A DNA stretch of 64,000 nucleotides from the NCBI GenBank assembly GCA_036630325.1, contig CP142730.1, forward strand, positions 248,001-312,000, in the 5' to 3' direction. Under the pieces are notes generated by a model, which saw only the letters and a program-made list of their open reading frames with translations, was not told the origin of the DNA and did not search any database. Below, piece after piece: positions 50,063-62,707 of the stretch. Positions within the stretch are counted from its first letter, which is position 1, and each line of letters opens with the position of its first letter. This stretch comes from Vairimorpha necatrix. Lineage: Eukaryota. Made by a program: the position numbers and the translations under genes.

Positions 50063-51957
50063 ATTATAAAGGTTAAAGTTATCTAGCTTAATAATATTAT
50101 TAGTTTTAGTTCTAATGCGTGAACATTTTTGTATTCTTGATACGTTTTTAGTACGAATATCAATTTTTTTCTTTATAAACTAAGTGATCCTAGTTTCTTT
50201 TCTTTAAGTAAAAATCTTAAATTCAATTTTTTTTGATGAAAAAACTAATAGTATTTTTTGTATTCAATTGCAAAATTTAATATCTTTATAGTTTTCTGCT
50301 AACCTTACAATATATTAGTTCTATAAAAAGAGACTTTTTATCAACTCAAGGCATTTATTGTGATATTGTGTTATGATCAGAATCTGACGCAGTTATAGAT
50401 CTATTAAAGGGTCGGTTTATCAAAATTCGATAATTTTTTTTTGTAAAAAAAATTTATAGATATTAAGCCATAAATTAGTTTCTGTTCTAAGGCCTTTTAT
50501 AAGTTATATTTGAAGTTTATAATATTTCCATTAAATACAAATAAAAAAATGCACATACAACATATTTAAATTTTAAATTTAAAGTCATCAACAATTTCTA
50601 ATTTTTTTAAACGTTTTAGGCTTGCATAAACTTAAGTCTTTTTTAACATTTCTGCATGAATAAATTTTAAAAATTAATAAACGAGTTTTTTGTTTACTTT
50701 TTTAAAAAAAAGATGCACTTCAGAGTTCGTAATATATATATAATGGGATTAGACTAATTATACAAAATGAATTAAAATATTACGAATTTATAATAATATT
50801 CTATGGATTTACATGTTCATATATGAAAACTAAAATTATAATTAATAGCGCAGAAATTCTTGAATATAAAGATATCTAAATTATAAGCTCGAAAATTGTG
50901 GCAATATTTACCACATTATAGATTTTTATTCTTATATTCCTTCCAATTGAATTTTCTAGAAAATATTTTGCTATTAAAATTTTTTTTTCTTTTACCCCCA
51001 CAAAAAAGGATGTGCGAGAAGAAGAATCACTACTACAATTATGGGAGGTCACCAAGAGACATATCCCCTCACAAGAGTACAGCTAATTAACCAACTGGGA
51101 TTAGCATCAATAAAAAAATTCAAATAAAACTAATCTAAGTGCAGGGGGAAGCATCGTTGAATGCTATTTACAAAATGGCCATATTCCTGGTGTCCTCACC
51201 ACAAAAATACATTTATAATGTACTTTAAAATTTCTGTTTTTTTTCTGTACAGAAATTTTTTTATATATACATAAATACTATAACAACAGTTATATTTTTT
51301 AAGATTATAAATAAAAAACTTTTATATGATATAGATTAAATCAACCCCTAAAAATTTAAATAATCATTTTGAGTCAGATCATTATTAATTAAGTCGCTAA
51401 ATGGAAATTTTATTGGTCTTTTCGAAAAAAATATTTATCGTTTTAATGGGAATGACGTGGATAATCATTTACAAAGGTAATATTTCAGTATATATATGAG
51501 AGAATTAGCATATAAAAAAATACAGTTTGTTATTAAATACATAGTAAATAATAATGTGAAAGAATTTGACAAAATTCTGACCTAAGTTTTATTCAAACCT
51601 ATTTAAATATATAATATTTGTTATAGTCAGAAAATAATTTTTTTTGTAATTAGATTTATCATTATGTCCAAAAATTCAGAAATCAAAAAACGATATTTAT
51701 AAATAGATTGTATTGTTTTTTATATAAATAAATTGTTTGATTCATAATATTCTTTTGGATTTTCAATATACGTGCTTAAAATCGTCGGAAACATTGCAAA
51801 TATTTGTAAGTAAACAATTAAAAATTACAGAAACATGTTTTTTTATCTTTTCTGAATATATTTTGAAATTATGTAAGATAAAACAAATATGAGTATACAT
51901 GATATGATAACCCCTTTCTCCTTTTAAAAGATAAAACCAAAAAAAATTACGAAGAAT

Positions 51958-53106
51958 ATGACAAAAAAGAGAGACAAACCAGAAACCCCCTTTTTACAGA
52001 CAAAATCTTCTAAGACATCTAAATCAAATAACCCGTCGAAAGCAAACAAGAAACAAAAAACTGAAAATAAAAACACAGGCACTAACACAAGAAATGATAA
52101 TGACGGTCGAAAAAAACATTCTAAATTAAAAAGAAAACAAGATACAGACTCATTTGATGATTTATATGATACTTATATCCCAGGTTCCGAGAACTGGCCA
52201 AAAAGACAAAGCTCACAGATAAAAAATAGAAATAACGCCGAAAATAGTATTTATAAATCTAAAAGTTTTAACGATTATAAAGAAGGTGATGAAAAGTTAC
52301 CTATTGAATATTTAGTTGAATGCGCCAAACAAGAAGTTGTATCGCCAAAAAAACAAAAAAAGACAAACCTTCAATATTTATTAGAAGCTGCACTTGAAGC
52401 AGAAAATGAACTAACCAAAAATTCTAACATAAAAAAAAGAAAGTTATCGGAAAAATCTGATGTTTTAAATAAAATAGAGAAAAGGAAAAATCTAAAACAA
52501 AACAAGAAGTTAGATCATACAAAAAACGAATCTAGAAAAGAAAAAGATGTTGGAATTCTTTCTGAAGCAACACTTGAATATGATAATGAACAACCCCTAG
52601 AAATTAATACAGAAAGTAGAAGATTAGAGGCGAAATCAGAATGTGAAGGGATAAAAAACATACAGAAAAAGTTAAAACATAATCAAAAGATTAGTTTAGA
52701 TCAAAATGAAGATAAATTAGTAATTCGAATACCAGCATATACTCCCCAAGAAAACTTAAAAACGAAAAAAGCGCTGAAATCAAAGAATAAAAAAATAAAA
52801 CGTGCTATGGATAACCAAGTTATAGAAAGTAAAAATTATCCTAAAGACATGTTTCCCGTAGAGTTTATTGGGGATAAAAAAATATATCTTTGTCCGTGGC
52901 GAGGTTGGGACGATATGTCCGAAACTTGCAATAGACAGTGGCATACTTTGAACCTAGTAAAAAGACATTACCATTCGCATACTGGAATAAAGGGCATTGA
53001 ATGTCCAAGCAAGGGATGTAACAGGAAGTTTACTAGAAAAGATTTTGTGAAAAGACATCTCAACGAAAGTTGCAAATACAAAGATGAAAAGAAGAAAAAA
53101 GAATAA
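51958..53106 (+). CDS. C2H2-type zinc-finger protein, probable transcription factor (382 aa)
   Basis: Intact ORF; Lys-rich N-terminus; two C-terminal fingers joined by HTGIKG (TGEKP-like); upstream CCCC motif; AATAAA downstream. Confidence 0.85.
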   Translation: MTKKRDKPETPFLQTKSSKTSKSNNPSKANKKQKTENKNTGTNTRNDNDGRKKHSKLKRKQDTDSFDDLYDTYIPGSENWPKRQSSQIKNRNNAENSIYKSKSFNDYKEGDEKLPIEYLVECAKQEVVSPKKQKKTNLQYLLEAALEAENELTKNSNIKKRKLSEKSDVLNKIEKRKNLKQNKKLDHTKNESRKEKDVGILSEATLEYDNEQPLEINTESRRLEAKSECEGIKNIQKKLKHNQKISLDQNEDKLVIRIPAYTPQENLKTKKALKSKNKKIKRAMDNQVIESKNYPKDMFPVEFIGDKKIYLCPWRGWDDMSETCNRQWHTLNLVKRHYHSHTGIKGIECPSKGCNRKFTRKDFVKRHLNESCKYKDEKKKKE

Positions 53107-55371
53107 TATTTTAAGAAAAAAGGGCAATACACTAATAAACTATAGAGTTTTATACATTTTTTCTTTTTTTTTCACGTTATGTTTTGTTTCTTTACACAAA
53201 GAAAAAAAATATGTTAATTAGCCCGATTTACAGAATAATAAATAAATTCTAAAACTTTTGAAATGCTAAGTAAATAAATTTTTAACTATTTTTAATAGAT
53301 ATATAAATAATGGACAATTTGTTTCTGTTTATTTCTTAGGGCTTTTTTTACTATAGTAAGATAAAAAGATCAATGAAATTAATTATTATTATTTATGCAA
53401 ACTAAAAAAAAAAATTTTCATCTATTTTTTATCAGAATTATAACGAAATTATATTAATTCCGTCTTACTTACACTTGTGTTATTGTAGTCTTTTGTTTAT
53501 TTTGTATAACTTTAAGTACGTAATAATTTTATGAAAATAGAAAATAGAAAAAAAATACGTTATTGTACTTAACTTCTATTTTTAAAAAATTAATTTTAAA
53601 ATAACACTGGTCGGATATGATCAAATGACATGTTGTAAGGCTGAACTTATGCTTATAAATACTACGACTTTTGAAAGGAAAATCAAGAAAAGAATATGTC
53701 TGAACAAAAGAAAACATTTTCATATTATGACAATCGAACAAATTTATGCTTCCAAATAACTTCGAACTATTGTATGAAAAACACATAGAAGTAGTATTGT
53801 ACACCATCCGCGATGATAATATTGGAATAATCTAAAGATAATTTATTTCGTGCTCATTGTATTTTTCAATATTTCTCTTCGTATGTATTAACCAGGAAAA
53901 TTTCTCTTAAAATATTCTTTGTATATTATATCATAAATGTTTATCATAAAACTACAATAAAAGCTTTCATACTGCAAAATTATCATAATATCCTACCTGT
54001 CACATACAGACATAACTTTTTAATGTATGACTTCTCTTTGAAATAAATTATGTCATTTGGGGGTTTGTGGAAAATCAGAATTTAATTATTAATTAATGCA
54101 TAAATAAGAATCATCTGGTCTGTTAATTTTTTTTGCAACCAACCTAAATCAAATTTTTAAATGCCGTATATTTATATAAATTTTCTATTTCAGATCTAAT
54201 TTCTATGAAAGATACTCGTTTTTATCTTATATTTGTAAAATAAAGAACAATCTGGTATTTGAAAAGTAACAACATCGAAATAATTGCGTAATTAATCACT
54301 ATACAAAAAACAAATGCTAGGATAAGATATATTGCTGAAGTCCAATGTAAAATGTAAGATAACATTGACATAAAAAATCATAAAAACATTGTATCAATAC
54401 ACAAATAATATAATGTGATCAATTGTTTTCCTCTTATTTATTTTTACATTTATGTTTTGGCGCTTTGTGAAGATCTTAAATTTATATATAACTACATAGT
54501 TCGTAACTGTAGAAAGTATGCTGTACTTTTTTAAGTACAATTAAAAAAAATCAATGCAACTTTTAACTTATTCGAATATTTTGGCCAAAAATAATTTTTT
54601 TGAGTGTCATATAGTATGAGATTACGATGTTATTGGCTGAATCTTCCATAAATATTAAGTGTTGAAGTAGACTAAATATGCAGTATTGAAATATTATCTC
54701 AATTACTTATCTTCGTCAATTCGAAGATGGATTTATATTCAACACAAACAATTGTTTCAGATGCCAAGAAGACAATCCGATTCGTCCGGATTATCCGTCG
54801 TCCACAATAAATTATATACTTATTGCTAATGGTCAAAAACATAAAGTATTTTTAAATTTTAAAGTAATTGAACACAACAATACAGACTTATATACGAAAG
54901 AAGGCATAGAAATGTATTTTTATAAGCATTAACATAACAACCGTCACCATTTAAACACCCTTAAACTACAATTATTTAAACAATCTGTTTACATAGAGTT
55001 TGAAGAAACTCCTTTAAAAGAAATTAAAATCAATATATATATATATAAAAATTTTATGTAAAAATAAAACAAACAAATAAATTAAATAAAAAAGGTAAAA
55101 ATACAAAAAAAATTGAAAGGATTGAAACATAAAGACTCTTTTATACCAGTAATGAGCCATCAACTGTTTTTAGAGTTTAACAGAGCTTAAAAAATACAGA
55201 AAGAGTACGGTAAAAAGATACAATAAAACCAGATTGGCATATAATTTAAGTCACTATCATTATAAATATATTGAGAGGTGAAAACTTCTAAGGTTTAAAA
55301 CGTTTTAAGTAAATATTTCGAGTTTTTTTTAACAGTTTACTATTATAAAAAAATAGAACTGTAGTATTATT

Positions 55372-55470
55372 TGTCACCGTTCGGAGCGGAATCCAAGAAA
55401 AAGGCTTACTTGAGAAGGGTAAAAAATTAAGAAAAAAATATCTGTTAGGAGCGGAATCTAGGAAAAATGC
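55372..55470. mobile_element. Ginger-like terminal fragment
   Basis: TGTCACCGTTCGGAGCGGA..GGGTAAAAAATTAAGAAAAA matches the terminus at 61078. Confidence 0.65.
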
Positions 55471-56300
55471 GGCCAAAGTCAGCTTTTGGCCGCAAATTTC
55501 GATATAGGAGTTTTTTTTGCCCCTTTTTAAAAAAAATGGAAGAAAAAAATGACAAGAGCAGAATTGGAAACAGTGTATAAAAATTTAATTACTAAAAGAC
55601 AAAATCAGATTTACAGTGTGTGTGATAATAGATGAGGCTTACGAGAAAACATAGTTGTGTTTTAATTTGTACCTGGAAAGATTGTAAGAAGCAAACATCG
55701 ATATGGACAAATACTTTCTTTGAAAACTCCAAACTCGATCATGTCCCGATTTTGTAGGTACTAAATTCGTGGATTCTTAGCTATATTCGTAAATTTATTT
55801 GCCAAATTCTCTGTTGTTCTAAAACTTCGATATCTTTTTTACTTAAAAAATTAAAGGAAATAAATTTCTATGATATATATTTATCATCTTTAACAAGATA
55901 GGAGGAGAAGATATCATTGTTATAATAAATGAAATTAAAATTGGAAAAAATAAATATAACAGAGGAAAATTAGTGAAGGGATTTTGGTGTTTAGGCATGA
56001 TAGAATGTTTTATCGAACGTAAGATTGTGGTTCTATATATTTGAAAATGAGATAAAAAATTCAAATGGGTCTTTTATTAAAATTTGTAAGTTCAAAAGAT
56101 CTATACATAGTGATATGTAGAGGGCTTATCATTTTCAAGTGAGAATATTTAAGAATGCCATATGTTAACCACTTGTTGACTTTCGAGATCCAATACTGGG
56201 GTTCACACAAATACTATTAACGCAATTGGCGTTCCCCATAAACTCTATACCTAAAAACAAGTAGGAAAATAGCGCAAAACATTATTTATCTAGGTACATG
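55471..56300 (+). mobile_element. highly degenerate Merlin, 3' end lost
   Basis: TIR GGCCAAAGTCAGCTTT; homologous to 24518-25537. Confidence 0.8.
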
Positions 56301-56766
56301 TATGATATCATGAATGCCATAAAAATATTATAAACATTTCCCTCCTATAATTATTTAATATTTAACACAAATAAGGGGCACGTGATGAACAGAAAGCATA
56401 AAATTTTTTTTTAAATACATTTCTGAGTGGTGAATACCACAAGTTAATTTTAACAAAGACGTATCCTAAACAAACCAAAAAGATGGATAAAGAGTAAAGG
56501 AACATGGTCAGCTTCGAGATCAATGTCAACAGCCCAAAGCCAATCATTATTAAACAATTTGAGATTATAAGTGATATCGAGAAAACCAATATGCTAGAAT
56601 GGTTTAGTAATTCGAAGAGCTGTGTAATAAATTGGAATTGGACGAGGAAGAGATTCTCCTAGTACTACATTTAATTGAGGATAAATAATGGAAAAAAAGT
56701 GGTAGTCTAAAAAAATTATAAAAAATAAAAAGAAAATATAAGTGTCGTATATCCACATCACTTATT
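56301..56766 (+). mobile_element. Gypsy 5' fragment (LTR 56301-56441 plus gag start)
   Basis: Homologous to the reverse complement of 1800-2318. Confidence 0.75.
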
Positions 56767-57826
56767 GGCTAAAATCAGCTTTAGTGTAAAAAAATGGGGG
56801 GTCAAAATTTTTAAAAAATTGCCCCTTTTTTAAAAAAAGGAAGGGAAGAGAAAACTTCAGAAAAAAAATAAAATGTAATTAAGATATAAAAATATAAATT
56901 TGTATTAAAATAAGTAAAATATATCAAAAACATAATTTTAATAATGCTTCAAAGGCGTCTTGAATCTCATTTCTTTTAATCATATATAGAGTTAAATAGA
57001 TTTCAGACAGTTCATATGTTCTACACCTGTTGGGTATAGAAGCTTTTAAAGACCTCCAATTCCCTTCGATGGTGTTTGTATGGACACATGTTTCATTATT
57101 TCTAAATGTTTGACTGTGATTCACAGTTCTATGATCTGCATAATGGCCTTTTAACGTTATATATGCCTTTCATATATCGAAACGAATGATTGATTTTAAA
57201 TTTACATGCTTTAATAAAATTGGCAGCAATGTATTTTTGTTTCTTTTATTTATTATGACAAAGATTATCTTCTTTTCTATTGTTCTCTTACCATTCCAAA
57301 ACACCAAAACTCCTTAACCGATCTTCCTCTGTGGTATTTATTCTTACCTATTTTACATTCATCGATCTCCACTATAGTATTTCCGCCTCCTATTTGCTTT
57401 GTTTTATTTATATATTTCTCATAAATTTTTAATTTATATAATTTTTCAAGTGTAGAAGTTACATTTTGTATGTTACAGTCTAAAATTTTAGAAATATGCG
57501 CTACTTTAAGTCCCATTGTCCATAAATTAACAATTTTCAGCATAAGAATATGATCTATCTTACTATTTGAAAATAGAGTATTATTCCATATTGAAAATCT
57601 GTGTCCGCATTTGGGAAACTTACGTCTCAGATAAGCTGTTTCATTTGATACTCTAGATGTATTCCAATCACAAATTGTACATTTCTGCTTATATTTTTTA
57701 TTTTGCAGGTTTTCATAAAAATCAATAATTTCTTCATTGCTCATCATTCCCTTCCTTTTTTAAAAAAAGCAATTTTTTTAAAATTTTGACCCCCCCCATT
57801 TTTTTACACTAAAGCTGTTTTAAGCC
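56767..57826 (-). mobile_element. Merlin DNA transposon, right arm of the composite
   Basis: TIRs GGCT..CAGCTTTAGTG; ORFs 57277-57747 and 56924-57124; its first ~165 bp are a direct repeat of 47797-47968. Confidence 0.92.
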
Positions 57827-57902
57827 GACATCTCGATACAATACTGGGTGAAATACTTAACAACTTGGCGATTAGGAGAGGCGGAATTTGCGTAAGCCAG
57901 AG

Positions 57903-58127
57903 TGTGGTATCCACCACTTAAGAACATGTCAAGAATATTAATATTTATTTGTTTGTTTACCGTATTGGTTAATCTTCTTGTTTCCTGTTCTTTATTCATC
58001 TCGTACCCCTGGATGGATAAAATGTTTAAATATTTATCGGAGGGAAAAGTATTGGACTTGGAGGGAAAGATGTCAAATTTGGAGGGAAATGTTAGTAAAC
58101 ATATCGTATGATATTTAGGATATCATA
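57903..58127 (-). mobile_element. solo LTR, 225 bp
   Basis: Perfect TSD CAGAG; ends TATGATAT..ATACCACA on the minus strand; interrupts the transposase at ILNL|WLTQ. Confidence 0.9.
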
Positions 58128-58893
58128 CAGAGGTTCAGGATCTTTAACATTAGTATATGATCCAAGTGGGGTTTTGCAAATATCGTATTTGCAAAAAGGC
58201 TCCCCTCTTTTTTGCATTTTTTACCAATGCATCTGACAGCGTACCCCCTTTGCTGTCTTTTCTTAACTTCTTTACCACATTTTCTGCATTTTATTTTAAG
58301 AGGTTTTTCTTTTATCTTTTCGTATGCTATGTTAATTTCCTCGTTGGTAAGCATAAAATAGGGTACAGAAAAAAAATCTATAATCGGCGCTACTAAAGAA
58401 CTAAGAAGTTATTTTTACTTATAAAACAGAGAAGTAAGTTCAAATAAATAACTTATTCTTTTGTTTTGTTTATTCATTATCAATAAAAAAACAAAATATA
58501 TACTAATAAACATGTAACATAAAGTGACTTATAGTATATTATTTGTTTTTATATGATAAAATTAACATGAATTATATATTTATATTTTTATAAAAGATAA
58601 TTTAAATAGTACTTTTTTTTATTTTTTTTTTCTCCTCCTTTTTTTCCATTTTGGTTTTCCAAAAAGGGATATTTTTTAAAAATTTGTATTTATATTTGTA
58701 GGGAGAGTGTAAAGTGGAAATGTTCCTCTAAACATCCCCGCGCTAATTTAAAACCGGAAATGTAATTATCTTTACAACTTCCTACGCCTACTACTTGGCT
58801 TTCAAAATAAAAGTGCATTTTTTAAGTTAATTGATCATGGGCTGCACTTTATTCTTTCGCGTCTTACTATCCCTTCTTGTATTGGTCTTTACG

Positions 58894-59088
58894 TGTGGAA
58901 TACCGGGGAAACGTTCCCGTTAATAAAGTACCACTCCAAAATAGATTTAATATATTTAGTTTTATTTTTAAACGTCCCCCTGAACTCTCTCAAAGCACCT
59001 TGTTGCTATCTCCAAAGCTCCTTGTATTTGTCTCTCCATCACCTTTCTGTACCCTTTTTTTTTATAAAAATTATTTATAACAAATAAT
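58894..59088. mobile_element. LTR fragment
   Basis: TGTGGAATACCGGGGAAAC.., similar to the LTR at 62708. Confidence 0.65.
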
Positions 59089-60110
59089 GGCTCTAGAGAA
59101 CTTACAGCCCCCGCATTTGAGGCGTTACGATTTTTTTTTTGAACCCCAAAAATGAAGTGTAAAAAAAGGAGGAGCAAAGAAGAGACGAAATTACTAGGCA
59201 CTTATGATATTAAAAATACCAAATAAAAACATAAAATGATTTTAAATTATATTTTAAACACATATACTTAATTAAAAATTTTATTTAATAAGATTTCTGC
59301 TGGGTTATTGGTGTTGTTTTTTCTAAATGCAAACATATTTAAAAAGCGTCTTATATCTTTAACTGTTCGATTTCGAACTGGTACTACTCTTTTTACTGCA
59401 GACTAAGTTCCCTCGATTGTATTGGTGTGTACTCCATTTGTTGGATTTACGAAACCGATTGAATGGTTTACTGTATAGTGTTCGTAGATACCTATTTTTT
59501 TAAAATTTACGTATCCTTTCCAACAATCTGTATAAATTATGGAACCAGGTAGTACGTACTCTTTGATTAGATCTTCCAAAGTTTCAGCCTTCCTATTTTT
59601 TACTTGAATTAAACTATCCCGCTTTCAATTGTCCTTTCGACCATTCCAAGTACCCAGACTCCGTCAACTTTGTGCCCTTTATTGTATTTTCTTTTTCCGA
59701 ATTTTGATTCATCGATTTCTACAATAACACCAGGGCCTCCAATCTTCTTATTACCGGCGACATTCGTACTAACTTCACTAATAATCTTATTTATTGTTTT
59801 TTTACTTATAGATAAAATGGTTTTCATAGTTTTAGAAGGAGTACTATCAAGAAATAGAAAAATCACCTGGCTTTCTTTCAACCATGGCAGTCTTGCTTTG
59901 AAAAAAGGTTTTTTTTTGTTAGAATTGTTTCTATTCTACACGCTCTCGTCTAACATTTGAGTTTATTTACGGCTTTTTGCTTAACTTTAAATTCCCCATG
60001 CAAAAGGGACAGAAAATGGTTTTTAATTTATTTTCTATCATTGTATTTATGATTTCTTCGACCTCATTACAGTTCACGGTCATTTTTTTTTTTTGGGGGG
60101 GGGGGGTTTC
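59089..60110 (-). mobile_element. Merlin DNA transposon, degenerate
   Basis: ORF 59609-59881 (VEIDESKFG); subterminal region resembles the 16149 element; ATG at 60083. Confidence 0.85.
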
Positions 60111-60150
60111 TATATTAAAATTTATAAAATTTATGAAAAATTCAAATTAT

Positions 60151-60492
60151 TGTCGCGCGCCCGGAAGAATTCGTGAAGAAATTTTACATAAACATATTGT
60201 ATGTTTAATCTAACTTCAGATTTGAGGATTAAAAGTGTATTATTAACAAGGTTGTATACAAAAAGATCTTATTTTTGTAGTAACATTTTACTAACGCCCA
60301 CTTACATCATGGACATAAACAAAATACAAGATTTTTTAAATTAAAGGTAGATTTTTGTCAAATTGGGTTAAGCTTTTTTTAATTTTATAAGCGCATTAAG
60401 ATTATAACAAAGATCTCTAACGGATAACTCATTAAGCTATTTATTTATATGCATATACATAAAAAAAAATTACAAATTTAAGGGTACATTGT
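60151..60492. repeat. dispersed repeat, copy of 2342-2675
   Basis: Shares collinear sequence blocks with 2342-2675. Confidence 0.7.
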
Positions 60493-61077
60493 ATTCCATT
60501 ATTTCTTTTCATAATGCTTAATTTGCTCTATTTTTATAGATCAGCTTAGAAGATTCTTAGAATTTAATTAAACTTCAATTTATAAGAATTTTTATAAACA
60601 ATAAAAATAAATTAAAAGGAACATTTATATATAAACTAGAGTAATTTTTTTATTACATTAAAAACTCTTAACTCAAGTATTGATTATCTTGGAAAAATAA
60701 ATTAAAAAAAATAAAAATATGATGCTGTGCTCAAATATAAAATTTTAGAAAAAATACCTAAATTTGAGTTCACAAAAATTCATTTTAGTTAATTAGATAC
60801 CCATAGCTGTGTAAAGATTACATTATAGACGCCCGTTCAATAAATAGTCTACGAAGGTCGATTGAGATATTATATTTCTAGTATGTTGGTATTTACATTT
60901 TTACACTTTATTCTTTAAAAAATCGCACATCATATATACATATATATATATATATTATAAAATAAATTATATTAAAAAAACGGTTTTAGTGATTTCTTTT
61001 AAACAGATAACTTTTTTAATTCAAAAACATACAATTTTTATGAATAAAACATTAAATGTAGTTTTCAATACATAAAT

Positions 61078-62707
61078 TGTCACAGTCCGGAGCGGACGCA
61101 AGGGGTAAAAAATTAAGAAAAATCTCTTCAGTGAGGATCGAACCAAAAAATAAGAACAAATAAATGTTCGTCTTAAACGACAGCCCAAATTTTGTCACGA
61201 GTTTTTAGGGGCATATTTTTGTTTTATTTTTATAATAATGGGAGGGAATAATGAAAAAAAAAGAAAAAAAAATAAACAATATTTTTAGTACTTTATTCAT
61301 TTCCAAGCAACCTAAGATCCCTAGTACTTAGTTCATCTATAATAATTCCATTATCATCTTCTCTGCATAATTTCACTTTATTAAATTGTATTATGTCGGT
61401 TACAACATAGATTTCTGCATCTAAATGTTCATAAAGCGAATGTCTTCTGGTATTGACATTGTTGTCCAGATAAGGTCTTATAAGGACTCTATCTCCAATT
61501 TTAAATTCTAAAAAATCATTTCTCCACATACCTCTTTGCACCATTCTATCTGCAGCAGTTTGTGTATGAATTCTATCTGCATCATGATAAATTTCATTTA
61601 AAAAAAGATTTGTGTTATTAAGAGCATAGAGTTGCTGTATTTCTTCATTGGTATTGCCATTTAGAACAACTGATAAACTTTCTTCAGCGCGTTCTTCGTC
61701 CTCTGACTCTTGTTCATGATTTTCGCTATTAATCGAATCTAGAATGCCTGTGATTCTAGACTCGTCCATTATTTCCCTAATGGGCCTACCAAACATTAAC
61801 AAGAATGGTGTTTGTCTCGTAGTAGAGTGTCTTAAATTATTATATGACCAGGTAACTTCTTCTCTTACCTTGGTCCATTGCCCCATAATATTTTTTGTCC
61901 TGAGAGTAGATGCAATCATCCACTTTATTGTTTGATTGCATCGTTCTATCTGTCCTTGTATCCATAGACATCTAGCTCACCCCCTTACGTATCTTATTTC
62001 ATATTTCTGACATAAATCGACAAGTACTTGATTTACAAATTCTCTGCCGTTATCAGTATGAAGTATAAAACAAGGGCCAAACGTCCTAAACAATGTTTCA
62101 AAAGCATTCCCTACGCTAATACCTGTTTTGTCAAGCAGTGGTACCGTCCAACAAAATTGGTAAAAGAATCTACAACATTTAATAACCATTTATATCCTTC
62201 ATTGAGTTTGTGATATAGCCGGAGATCAATCAAGTCTGCAACATATCTTTCCCTTGGATATTTTGATACAATTGGTCTAATAACTGGTCTAGTTACTAGA
62301 TTTCTCTTTGATTGACATATTTCACAGCTATTCAAAACTCTATTGATATCGTTTTTGGTTGCGTCGTAAACTTTTGTTTGCAATAATGGAAACAATCTGT
62401 CCCGTCACGCATGCCCATTTGAGACGTGGATCAATAATTAATCAATTTTAAAACGTTGCTCGTTGGTGGTAAAGAATCTTAACGATTTATATAGACCTAC
62501 TTTAAATCTCACCGTGAGCTCTGTGATACCATCAATTACATCCTCAAAAAGGATAAATTTTTTTGCTTTTTTCCTAAAAGCGTCTCTTGCTTGTCTTTCA
62601 ACCAACCTTGTTGGAACGATACCAGTCTGTAAAAAGACAAAAACTTCTTGTCTTTCATTGTTATCCAATTTTATTTTCATGCCCCTAAAATTAAATAATT
62701 TTTATAT
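61078..62707 (-). mobile_element. Ginger-like integrase transposon, degenerate
   Basis: ORFs 62438-62680, 62111-62395, 61977-62189, 61293-61919 (CEIC, ADLID, HTDNGREF); TGTCACAG terminus; no RT. Confidence 0.82.

Larger units (their letters stand above)
47797..57826. mobile_element. composite Merlin-bounded segment carrying a host gene
   Basis: Outer TIRs GGCT(A/T)A..CAGCTTTAGTGTAAAAAAA; perfect 8-bp TSD GACATCTC at 47789-47796 and 57827-57834. Confidence 0.85.
47165..58726 (-). mobile_element. Merlin element split by a 10-kb insertion and a solo LTR
   Basis: Inverted ends of about 95 bp (GG..ATTTCCACTTTACAC); TSD TCTCAACA/TCTAAACA; transposase 58354-58133 + 57902-57827 + 47788 to about 47330 reads continuously when rejoined. 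Confidence 0.9.

Noticed and set aside
53107-55371. possible second cargo gene
   Set aside because: All frames have frequent stops and no call can be supported.
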